The notes under the pieces: generated by a model | What the model saw: the letters and a program-made list of their open reading frames with translations, nothing else | What the model was told of the DNA's origin: nothing | Database searches by the model: none | From: an uncultured Actinomycetes bacterium | GTDB taxonomy: Bacteria > Actinomycetota > Thermoleophilia > RBG-16-64-13 | Assembly (NCBI GenBank): GCA_963706025.1 | Contig: CAVPLM010000001.1 | Span: 1-37,602, forward strand | DNA length: 37,602 nucleotides | Reading direction: 5' to 3' | Shown: positions 29,061-37,602 of the stretch, piece by piece | Layout: every line of letters begins with the position of its first letter | Numbering within the stretch: position 1 is the first letter of the stretch | Made by a program: the position numbers and the translations under genes

Positions 29061-30902
29061 TCAGCTTCCTTCGAGGCTGAGCGCGAGAAGAGCGAGGTCG
29101 TCCGGCAAGGCTCCGCCTGCAAACTCGACGACGTGCCTGAGTACTTCGGCGGGCACTTGATCGACTGGTTGAGACACCACCTTCCTGAGAACATCGACGA
29201 GTCTTTCTTCCCCGAAGAAATCCGGACCGCGACGAGCCTCGGTCGCTCCATCGGTGTAGAGAAACAGGAGGTCGCCGCTCTTGAGCGAGACCTGGGCCTC
29301 TGTATAGGCTGATTTGTTCCACGCTGCAAGAACGGGGGATCCTGACTCAAGAAAGAGAGTCTTTCCGGTCTTCTTCCGGATGACGGGAGGCGGGTGCCCG
29401 GCGCGGGCGTACCGAAGCCTACCGGTGGCGAGGTCCAGTCTGCCAAAGAAGGCGGTTATGAAACTTGCCCCATTGGACTGCCTCCAAAGGACCTCGTTGG
29501 TCCTTGCCATGACCGCTGCCGGAGCCCCATGCTCGTAGGCGAAGGATTTCATGGCGTTCTTGGCCAAGCTGGCCAATGCTGCCGCCCCGATACCTCGGCC
29601 CGCGACATCGCCGATGAGAAGACCTACGTGCCCCCGATCCATGGGGAAGAGGTCATAGAAGTCCCCGCCCACGTCGGCGCCGATGGTGGCCGAGCGATGA
29701 GCGTGACCGAACTTCACGCCGGGTAGCCTCGGGGGTACGGTCAGCAGCGCCTCCTGGAGGCTCTGGGCAATGATCCGCTGGTGCTCGAACGCCTGGGCGT
29801 TCTCAAGGGCCAAGGACACCGATGCAGCCAGGCGGGCAGCGAAGCCGACCTGGGTCTCGATCGTAGCTACGGGTCGCGACTGGAAGCCGAACACGAAGGT
29901 GCCGACCGGGCGGCCATGCGAGGAGAGCGGAGCTGCCAGTAATGACCGCATACCTAACCGGCACACTACGTCACGATTGCAGCGGTCGTCGGCAAGGGCG
30001 TCGGGTACGCCGATGGGAGACCCCTGCCTCATCACCTGGGAGCTGAGCGTGAACTCGTCGTCCTGGAACGTCTGTCCCAGGAGCTCCTCGGGGTACCCGT
30101 GGGTGTAAGCCACCACCCAGTGCCCGTCCTGACGGAGGTTGACAAGGGCCGATTCGGCCCCCAGCGCTTGGGCAGCCTCCGTGATAACTCGGTTCATGAG
30201 TTGATCGGGGTGGTGGATCGTGCCCAGGGTAAGATTCATCCCGCTGAGTGCCTCGCTCAGCCGCAGCGCTTCGCCGCGCTCGGCCTCAAGCTGCCGCCGG
30301 TCGGTAACGTCGGTGACCAAAGCCAGAGCACCCTGGTATCGGCCCTGCTCATCCACGATAGCCGTCGTGGAGAGGGCGGCTACAAGCGGCCGGCCATCTT
30401 TACGCCGGAATTGGAAGTCATGTTGCTCGCCGATGCCCTGCCGACGGCGATCCACGTTCCGCTCTGCAGCCTTGCGCCACTCCTCATCCATGAAGACGAA
30501 GAGCGGCTCGCCGAGCATCTCCTCCGCGCTGTACCCGAGCATGTCGGCCATGCGCTGGTTGACGAAGGAAGTCTTGTCATCGGCGTCGATGATCCAGATG
30601 CCCTCGCTCGCAAGCTCGACGATCTGCCGGTAGCGTTCGCTGCTGAGTCGCTCGGTCACCTCGGCCCGCCGTAGCTCCCTCTCGGTCTCTGCCGTGATCG
30701 ACGCGAGCTCTTCGTTTTCCCGGCAGACCCCTTGCGCTTTGGCGCGGAGACCGGCGAGTGCCGCAGACACATCCCCGAGCAACTCGGCGAGGGGGGGTTT
30801 GCGGACGCCTGTCTCCGCCCGCCCCTTGAGGGCTTCCACGAGCTGCTGCAGTGCCTCGAATCCCTCATCCAGCGAGCCAGAGACTACCTCTTCGTTCTCC
30901 AC
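29061..30902 (-). CDS. SpoIIE/PP2C (RsbU-like) phosphatase with coiled coil, PAS and GAF domains
   Basis: PAS (EGIWIID...FVNQRMADMLGY...RRKDG...DVTDR), GAF (RSLLAAPL), PP2C (VGGDFYD, IGDVAGRG, AGHPPP, LYTDG, DDLALL). GTG start after GGAGG. Confidence 0.92.
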   Translation of the reverse strand: MENEEVVSGSLDEGFEALQQLVEALKGRAETGVRKPPLAELLGDVSAALAGLRAKAQGVCRENEELASITAETERELRRAEVTERLSSERYRQIVELASEGIWIIDADDKTSFVNQRMADMLGYSAEEMLGEPLFVFMDEEWRKAAERNVDRRRQGIGEQHDFQFRRKDGRPLVAALSTTAIVDEQGRYQGALALVTDVTDRRQLEAERGEALRLSEALSGMNLTLGTIHHPDQLMNRVITEAAQALGAESALVNLRQDGHWVVAYTHGYPEELLGQTFQDDEFTLSSQVMRQGSPIGVPDALADDRCNRDVVCRLGMRSLLAAPLSSHGRPVGTFVFGFQSRPVATIETQVGFAARLAASVSLALENAQAFEHQRIIAQSLQEALLTVPPRLPGVKFGHAHRSATIGADVGGDFYDLFPMDRGHVGLLIGDVAGRGIGAAALASLAKNAMKSFAYEHGAPAAVMARTNEVLWRQSNGASFITAFFGRLDLATGRLRYARAGHPPPVIRKKTGKTLFLESGSPVLAAWNKSAYTEAQVSLKSGDLLFLYTDGATEARRGPDFFGEERLVDVLRKVVSQPVDQVPAEVLRHVVEFAGGALPDDLALLALSLEGS

Positions 30903-31323
30903 CCGTACGACCCTCCTCTCTCCGTCCCGGCCATACACAGATGGATACAGCAATAATAGCTGCGGGTGCTTCTCTTGTCGAAGGTGAACATGTCACGTAA
31001 GGGTCACATGACGGTAGGGGCAGGGGCAACCGGGCGGTTTCGGCCCCGATGTAGGCACCGGCGGTGGTAGCAGCAACGCGGCTTGAACAGGGAGAACCTC
31101 GAATGCCCCCGGAGTGGCTCGAACACTCGACATGAGGTTCAGGAGGCCGCCGTCCCAGTGTCCACCACGTATTCCCGAGGGCTCCGCTGCTCACAAGACG
31201 GCCAATTAGGCGGCTATTTGGTCCATGGCGGTACATCAAGTGCTACAGTGAGGGTGTTGCCGACCGATTCTCGTACACGGGATCATGTACCGTTTGTCTC
31301 GGCATGAGTCAGGGAATGAAGAC

Positions 31324-33117
31324 GTGAAGCACAAGGCCGGTTCGATCCCTTTTTGGACGCGCGTGGCGGGTTCGGTCCTGGCACTCGCGGTCCTGCTAGT
31401 CGGGGTGTTGCTGGCTCTCCCGGGGGACGCCCAGGCCGCCGGCCACTGGACCGGGGGCGCGCTCACCAACAACAGCGTCGACGATGTGAATCCCCGGCTC
31501 AGTTCCACCCACCTCGTCTGGGCGCAGAGAGGCGGCTCCGGTTGGAACATCAGGCTACGCGAGCTGTCCACGGGGACTACCACGACCATCGTCAGCGTGC
31601 CTGTGGGCATCCCGGACTTTGCCCCGGACCTGTGCATCGGGGGCGACTACCTGGCGGTATTCAGCCACGGACACGATCGTTGGTATCTCTACCAGCTCTC
31701 GACCGAGAGCTTGACGATAGCTGACGCCACTGACGTCACGATCGCTTCCGTCGACGGTAACGACGGCACCTACGTGATCTTGAGGTTCGATGACGGCGAC
31801 CCCGACATCGTCGCCTACAACATCGCGAGCCATGGCTGGACCAAAGTCACGAATGATGACGTCACTGACTTCGAACCCCGCATCGATCGCGGACGTATCG
31901 TGTGGGAGACGTCCAGCCTTGTCGAGGGACACCCACACACCTTCGAGCGGAGTGTCATGTTCCGCGACCTGAGCACAGGGGTCCTGAAGACGATCTTCAC
32001 CAGAAGGGACGCCTCCATCTACTCCCTTGGCATGACTCCTCGGATCAGCAAGGACTGGGTCGGCTACACCAACCTGACGTCGAACAAGATCTGTCTGCAA
32101 CGGCTCGCCGACGGCCTCACCGTTCAAACGGATGGTTCTCCGTCGCGGGGGTGGATCTTGACCGACGACTACGCGTTTTGGACCGAGCGCGACCTGAGCG
32201 ATCGAGTGGACCTCTACACGCTTGATCTGCGTACACTGGAGAAGACGCGGCTGACTTCCGACAATGCGCGCGAATTCCTCCTTACCGCGGAGGGCGGCCG
32301 AGTGGTCTATGTGAAGGCAGTCGACGAGGCCAGCCTGTACGATCTAATGGTCGTTGACCTTGATGCGACACCTGTGCAGCCCTACCGGCTGGCCCAGCGA
32401 GTCACTCCTCCTGCAGTTGGATGGGGAAGCAACGTCTCCATGTCCGGAGATCTCATCGCCGCCTCGCTCAACGATGGCTCCGACAACGAGATCGCCTGGG
32501 CCCTCTGGGTGGAAGAGGAAGAACCTCCCACCTTCACCGACGTTCCCGCCGGGCATCCCTACCGGGAAGCGGTGGAAGGGCTGGCCGCCCGGGGGATCGT
32601 GTCCGGGTACGACCCCACCACCTTCGGCCCCGACGACTTGGTCAAGCGCCAGCAGTTCGCCAAGATGATCGTGGGCACGCTGGGGCTTACGCCGGTCGAA
32701 GCCGACTTCCCCGACCCGGCCGCTCCCTTCACCGATCTGGGGGCAGACGACCCGAGCAGTCTCTATCCCCACGAATACGTGGCCGTCTGCGCCCGTAACC
32801 AGATCACCCTGGGTAAGACACCGACCACCTTCGATCCCTACGCCTACATCACCCGGGCTCAGGTGATCAGCATGGTGGTGCGAGCGGCCGACCGCTTAGC
32901 GCCGGGCACCCTGGCCACTCCGGGCCTCGCCTGGACGGGAGCACTCTCCTACGGAGACCCCACGCACGGAGCCAACATCAGGCGGGCCGAGTTCAATGGT
33001 CTCCTGGCCGGCATCCAGGGCCCGGCCGGCACCCTGGCCGGCTGGCTCACCGGCGGGTATGCCACCCGGGGTGAGGTGGCCCAGATGCTGTGGAACCTGC
33101 TGGAGAAACTCGAGTGA
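31324..33117 (+). CDS. Secreted beta-propeller repeat protein with C-terminal SLH module (paralog 1)
   Basis: Signal ending AQA; PRIDRGRIVWE, PRISKDWV, DLYTLDLRTLEKTRLT (surface-protein propeller-like); FTDVPAGHPY...[19 protein letters not shown]. Confidence 0.88.
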   Translation: MKHKAGSIPFWTRVAGSVLALAVLLVGVLLALPGDAQAAGHWTGGALTNNSVDDVNPRLSSTHLVWAQRGGSGWNIRLRELSTGTTTTIVSVPVGIPDFAPDLCIGGDYLAVFSHGHDRWYLYQLSTESLTIADATDVTIASVDGNDGTYVILRFDDGDPDIVAYNIASHGWTKVTNDDVTDFEPRIDRGRIVWETSSLVEGHPHTFERSVMFRDLSTGVLKTIFTRRDASIYSLGMTPRISKDWVGYTNLTSNKICLQRLADGLTVQTDGSPSRGWILTDDYAFWTERDLSDRVDLYTLDLRTLEKTRLTSDNAREFLLTAEGGRVVYVKAVDEASLYDLMVVDLDATPVQPYRLAQRVTPPAVGWGSNVSMSGDLIAASLNDGSDNEIAWALWVEEEEPPTFTDVPAGHPYREAVEGLAARGIVSGYDPTTFGPDDLVKRQQFAKMIVGTLGLTPVEADFPDPAAPFTDLGADDPSSLYPHEYVAVCARNQITLGKTPTTFDPYAYITRAQVISMVVRAADRLAPGTLATPGLAWTGALSYGDPTHGANIRRAEFNGLLAGIQGPAGTLAGWLTGGYATRGEVAQMLWNLLEKLE

Positions 33118-33123
33118 AACGGG
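32468..33123 (+). repeat. Direct repeat copy 1 (656 bp)
   Basis: Matches 34429-35084 at offset 1961; only 3 mismatches found by eye (32517, 32638, 33108). Confidence 0.93.
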
Positions 33124-33236
33124 AGATTGCGCATTCCTCCAGTCGCTCCTAAGATGTGGACAACGGTGCTACCGGTCGAATCCCGGACGCGCGATCACGT
33201 ACCGTCCGCCTCGGCCTGAGTTCGGGGGGTGAAGAG

Positions 33237-35078
33237 GTGAGGTCCAAGGCCGGTTCGGTCCCTTCTGTTCTGCGCCTCGCCGCTCTGGTCGCGGTGGTCG
33301 TGGTCCTGGCTCTGGCGGCGCTGGCGGCCCTCCCGCCGCAGAACGCTCAAGCCGCCGGCCACTGGACCACGGGGGTTCTGACGAACAACAGCGTCGACGA
33401 TTACGGACCCCGGCTCAGTTCCACCCATCTCGTCTGGGCCCAGGACGCCGGAGCCAACTGGAACATCAGGCTGCGGCAGATCTCCACGGGTGCGACGAAG
33501 ACGATCGCTACGATCCCCCACGTGTCGGGTCAGAGGCCCTTGCTCAGCATCGATGGCGACTACGTGACGATCTACTCCCAGAAGTGGGGATCGTCAGCAG
33601 ACCTCTTCCAGAATTACTGGCAATTACACACGATCTCGACCGGCGTGACGCGGCCCTTCGTGCCTGTCGTCTTCGCCCCGGGCATAACCAGCGTGACCGT
33701 TGCGAGTGGACACGTGATCCAATCGGTCAATGATGGCGACGGCGAGGTCAGAGCCTACAACATCGCCGCCGACGAGTGGATCCAGGTCACCGACAACTCT
33801 TGGGGCGACGGCGTGGCTGGAGTAAGCCACGGCCGCGTGCTGATCGAGAGCGGCAGGGACTTGGACCGGATGGTGTCGATCTACAGCCTGGCCACCGGCA
33901 GCAAGACGACGATCGTCACTCAGACCACCGACGCTCACACGGGTGTCTATCCGCAGATCAGCGGGGACTGGGTCCTCTACAAGGACCTCGTCTCCTCGTT
34001 CCAGGTGTGCCTCTACCGCCTCGCCGATGGGCTGACCCTCCAAGTATTGCCTTGTTCCAATTTCGACCATGTTCTGGGCGACGACCACGCCGCCTGGACC
34101 GAGCCCAGGGGTAGCGAAGCCGAGGACGGGAACGATCTGTACGCCTTTGATCTCAACACGCTACAGAAGACGCGGCTTACGAACGACACGAAAACCGAGC
34201 AGGTCGTTGCCGTGGAGGGCGACCGGGTGTTCTACCTGGTATATCGATCTGGTAGTCACGGCGGGGGCTCCGACAACCGATTGTGGGATGTGAAGGTCGT
34301 CGACCTCTCCACGACTCCACTCCAGCCCCACGTGCTGGTTCAGAACATCAAGTTGGGCACCACGTCCATGCTCACGTTCGGCCACAGCCAGATATCATCC
34401 GCGTGTGGAGACCTGTTCACGCTGATGATCAACGATGGCTCCGACAACGAGATCGCCTGGGCCCTCTGGGTGGAAGACGAAGAACCTCCCACCTTCACCG
34501 ACGTTCCCGCCGGGCATCCCTACCGGGAAGCGGTGGAAGGGCTGGCCGCCCGGGGGATCGTGTCCGGGTACGACCCCACCACCTTCGGCCCCGACGACCT
34601 GGTCAAGCGCCAGCAGTTCGCCAAGATGATCGTGGGCACGCTGGGGCTTACGCCGGTCGAAGCCGACTTCCCCGACCCGGCCGCTCCCTTCACCGATCTG
34701 GGGGCAGACGACCCGAGCAGTCTCTATCCCCACGAATACGTGGCCGTCTGCGCCCGTAACCAGATCACCCTGGGTAAGACACCGACCACCTTCGATCCCT
34801 ACGCCTACATCACCCGGGCTCAGGTGATCAGCATGGTGGTGCGAGCGGCCGACCGCTTAGCGCCGGGCACCCTGGCCACTCCGGGCCTCGCCTGGACGGG
34901 AGCACTCTCCTACGGAGACCCCACGCACGGAGCCAACATCAGGCGGGCCGAGTTCAATGGTCTCCTGGCCGGCATCCAGGGCCCGGCCGGCACCCTGGCC
35001 GGCTGGCTCACCGGCGGGTATGCCACCCGGGGTGAGGTGGCCCAGATGCTGTGGAACCTGCTGGAGAAGCTCGAGTGA
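33237..35078 (+). CDS. Secreted beta-propeller repeat protein with C-terminal SLH module (paralog 2)
   Basis: Same architecture: AQAAGHWT, YPQISGDWV, DLYAFDLNTLQKTRLT. C-terminal ~215 aa nearly identical to paralog 1. Confidence 0.88.
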   Translation: MRSKAGSVPSVLRLAALVAVVVVLALAALAALPPQNAQAAGHWTTGVLTNNSVDDYGPRLSSTHLVWAQDAGANWNIRLRQISTGATKTIATIPHVSGQRPLLSIDGDYVTIYSQKWGSSADLFQNYWQLHTISTGVTRPFVPVVFAPGITSVTVASGHVIQSVNDGDGEVRAYNIAADEWIQVTDNSWGDGVAGVSHGRVLIESGRDLDRMVSIYSLATGSKTTIVTQTTDAHTGVYPQISGDWVLYKDLVSSFQVCLYRLADGLTLQVLPCSNFDHVLGDDHAAWTEPRGSEAEDGNDLYAFDLNTLQKTRLTNDTKTEQVVAVEGDRVFYLVYRSGSHGGGSDNRLWDVKVVDLSTTPLQPHVLVQNIKLGTTSMLTFGHSQISSACGDLFTLMINDGSDNEIAWALWVEDEEPPTFTDVPAGHPYREAVEGLAARGIVSGYDPTTFGPDDLVKRQQFAKMIVGTLGLTPVEADFPDPAAPFTDLGADDPSSLYPHEYVAVCARNQITLGKTPTTFDPYAYITRAQVISMVVRAADRLAPGTLATPGLAWTGALSYGDPTHGANIRRAEFNGLLAGIQGPAGTLAGWLTGGYATRGEVAQMLWNLLEKLE

Positions 35079-35084
35079 AACGGG
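34429..35084 (+). repeat. Direct repeat copy 2 (656 bp)
   Basis: Matches 32468-33123; mismatches at 34478, 34599, 35069. Confidence 0.93.
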
Positions 35085-35128
35085 GAGGGGGGCTCGAACC
35101 CGGTCAACGCTGATGGAGTCTGCGAGGA

Positions 35129-35590
35129 TCAGTCGGCGCGGGAATCCTCCGTCAAGAGGCGCGCCAGCGACTCTCGGAATCGTTGCCGATCTTCGTCCAG
35201 GAACGGGGCAGGTCCTGTCGTGCGTCCCCCGGCGCGTCGATGTCGCTGCTCGGCATGACGGACGGCCAATTCGGCATCGATTGTGGTTGGCAGGTATTGG
35301 CGACCTCGTGGGCTCAAGGCCCGGCATCCTCGGCCCAGGGCCATCGCTGCAAGCCCGATGTCGCCCGTCACCACGATGTCCCCTGGACTCAGCCGCGGCA
35401 CCATGGCGAAGTCGGCGGAGTCTCGTCCCGATCCCACCTGTAGGATCTCCACCCCGGTTCGTCCCGCAAAGTGGGAGAGGTTCTGCGACTGGTTGGCGAC
35501 CAGGACGACCGGCAGCGAGCGCGACCGGGCCACTGCTATGGCGTCGCGCGTGACAGGACAGGCATCGGCGTCGATGAAGATCGTGGTCAT
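35129..35590 (-). CDS. YaiI/YqxD (DUF188) family protein
   Basis: IFIDADACPV, DSADF, GDIVVTGDIGLA, SPRG, RRAGGRTTGP. Confidence 0.92.
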   Translation of the reverse strand: MTTIFIDADACPVTRDAIAVARSRSLPVVLVANQSQNLSHFAGRTGVEILQVGSGRDSADFAMVPRLSPGDIVVTGDIGLAAMALGRGCRALSPRGRQYLPTTIDAELAVRHAEQRHRRAGGRTTGPAPFLDEDRQRFRESLARLLTEDSRAD

Positions 35591-35893
35591 GTCCAAACTA
35601 TACTTGGCCACGGTTCGATGTGCTGGATGACCGAGCACGTCTTGCTGCGCTTGCGGCATCGTGGGTTTATGGTTTGCGGCTAATTGGTGCAAGCGCCTGG
35701 CGAGCCTGGGGGCGACGCCGGCACGGCAGTCGCGCATCGGGACGCCAAACCGGGGTGCAAGGGGCTTGACGGACTTCCCGGCCGGGCGGAGTATTGAGGA
35801 GTCCGGTGGTATCGGGGAGGAGGAACAGTGGGTAGGCATGACACTTGTCCAAACGTGACTCGGGAGTCCCGAAGCAGCAGGGGGCGAGAGCGG

Positions 35894-37452
35894 TTGCGTC
35901 GAAAGCCGTTCCTTTTAGCTGCGACCCTCGGGGCAGCGATCATCTTGGTCCTTGCCGGATCGGGTCTGGCGCTGGCATTCACCGACACCGTAGGTAGCCC
36001 GTATGCAACGGCCATCGACGAGCTGGCCGCTCGCCACATTATCAATGGTTTCCCGGGTGACGTCTTCAAGCCGAATGACCCTGTTATACGGCAGCAGTTC
36101 GCGAAGATGATCGTGCTGACTCTGGGCTATGAGGTCCCGGCCACTGCGACTTGCCTCTTCACCGACGTGGACGCCACACCAAACCCCAACGATCCGCTCT
36201 ACCCGGCCAAGTACGTGGCAGTGTGCGCCGCCGAGGGCATAACGGTCGGGACGACCCCATCGACGTTTGCTCCCTACGCCAACATCACCCGGCAGCAGCT
36301 CATCACCATGGTGGCCCGGTCGGCTGATCTTCCCGATGCGCCGGCTGGATTCGACCCAGGCTTCACCGTCGGGCAGTTCGGGACTGAGGAGCACTTCGCC
36401 AACGCCCGGAAGGCCGCCTCGGCGGGACTCCTTGCCGGGTTGCAGGGGGTGGGCCCTGGGCTCAACTTCGGCGCTGCGGCCAGCCGCGGGGAATGCGCCC
36501 AGCTGCTCTGGAATCTGCTCAGTCTGGCGGACCCGGCCCTGCCCATGTTCGCCGATCTGAAGACGGCCGGCCCCGTGGGGTTCACGTTCACGATCAACAC
36601 GCCGATCATCTGGTCTGCGGAGCATGAGGACGATGGGGTCTGGGATAAGATCCTTCCCGCCAGCACCATCACGGGCCACGTGAGCGTACAGACCCTGGCA
36701 GTGGGCAGCGGACAGGTGACAATAAAGCTGACCATCGACGAGCTCACTCTGCCTGAAGACACGGAAGACGCCCAGGACACCATGGCTGAGATCCTACCCG
36801 CATACCTGCTTCTCCGTCTGGACGACCAGGGCACGGTGCTCGGCATCTCCTACGCGATCAAGGACAAGCCTGAGCAGGTTCTAGACCAGACGATGGTGGC
36901 AGGGTTGGCCACCTTCCTCACCCCGTTCACCTCGGCGCTGATGCTGCCCTATTCGGGGCAGCTGGCGAAGCCCGGCGACCACCTGGACATCCAGAAGACC
37001 TACACAAGCCTGGGCAAGAAGATCATGGACGTGGAGACCCAGGGCGACTACCTGTCGTTTGCTTCTGGAGTCGCGGATCTTGGCTTCGACTTGGCGGTCA
37101 CCAACATCGACATCCCGCTGCGCTTTGACATGAAGCCGTTTCTGCCTCTGCTCGGTCACGATGTGCCGACGGGAAACGAACCGTGGATTCTGGACCTCAG
37201 CGTGGGCACGACGATCCTGGCCAACGGCGAGTACAACCTGGATACGGCATCCGGGCTGCCCACCGGGATGACGCTCTCAAGCACCATGATGCTCGACGCG
37301 TGGATTCATCAGGTCCCGTCGAAGCAGTTGCTCACGATCTGGCCGAACTCCGATTTCGCCCACGGCTGGGTCGATACGCCTACCTGAGGGCCGCGGACCG
37401 CAAGAGTCCGATCACGGTTACCTTCAGCATGACGAAGGACGCCGCCCAGTAG
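35894..37452 (+). CDS. Secreted protein with N-terminal SLH module and unrecognised beta-rich C-terminal domain; probable frameshift near 37370-37385 (ORF track stops at 37387)
   Basis: Signal ending ALA; FTDTVGSPY...[19 protein letters not shown]. An alternative frame continues LRAADRKSPITVTFSMTKDAAQ* to 37452. Confidence 0.8.
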
Positions 37453-37602
37453 GAGTCCGGCCCACCTGAGCGACGGTCTGGGGGGCGACTCCCGGCCGAT
37501 CGTCGCCGCGACTTACGTCCGACGCCCGGCGCCTTCACAGGCGCCGGGTGGCATCATCTCATCCATCGTTCGGGGATCGTCCCCGCCTGCCGGCATGCCC
37601 CC

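Noticed and set aside
32468-35084. 656-bp repeat as a diversity-generating retroelement TR/VR pair
   Set aside because: Mismatches are not adenine-specific, both copies are coding, the repeat is too long and no reverse transcriptase is present.
35075-35105. Minus-strand GGGTTCGAGCCCCCCTCCCCG resembling a tRNA T-arm/3' end or att site at the repeat boundary
   Set aside because: T-stem only 3 bp, no CCA, no D or anticodon arm, and no integrase in the window.

Overview
GC-rich bacterial chromosomal window, probably from an anaerobe. Thermoleophilia-like Actinomycetota is my guess from gene content, not a tested assignment. It mixes metabolic genes with five S-layer-homology (SLH) surface protein genes plus one SLH remnant. 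The metabolic genes are a class V aminotransferase, a GlcD-like oxidase, a pyrogallol-transhydroxylase-like molybdoenzyme, an acyl-CoA ligase, a cysteine synthase, a 2-oxoacid:ferredoxin oxidoreductase (alpha plus fused beta-gamma), an atypical SucCD and RidA. There is one IS982-like element with perfect 19-bp inverted ends. The first ~8.3 kb carries many single-base frameshifts, probably long-read errors. I found no rRNA, complete tRNA or CRISPR array. Most notable: (1) tandem SLH/beta-propeller paralogs with a 656-bp near-identical anchor block and diverged central passengers, within a wider family sharing one SLH module with different passenger domains; (2) a transhydroxylase alpha subunit with no adjacent beta subunit and two pocket substitutions; (3) a SucC lacking the NIFGGI substrate loop, convergent on the oxidoreductase; (4) a 53-aa ORF missed by the ORF track, downstream of two related palindromes; (5) an IS inserted exactly at a stop codon. 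All family calls come from motif recognition by eye, with no database search.
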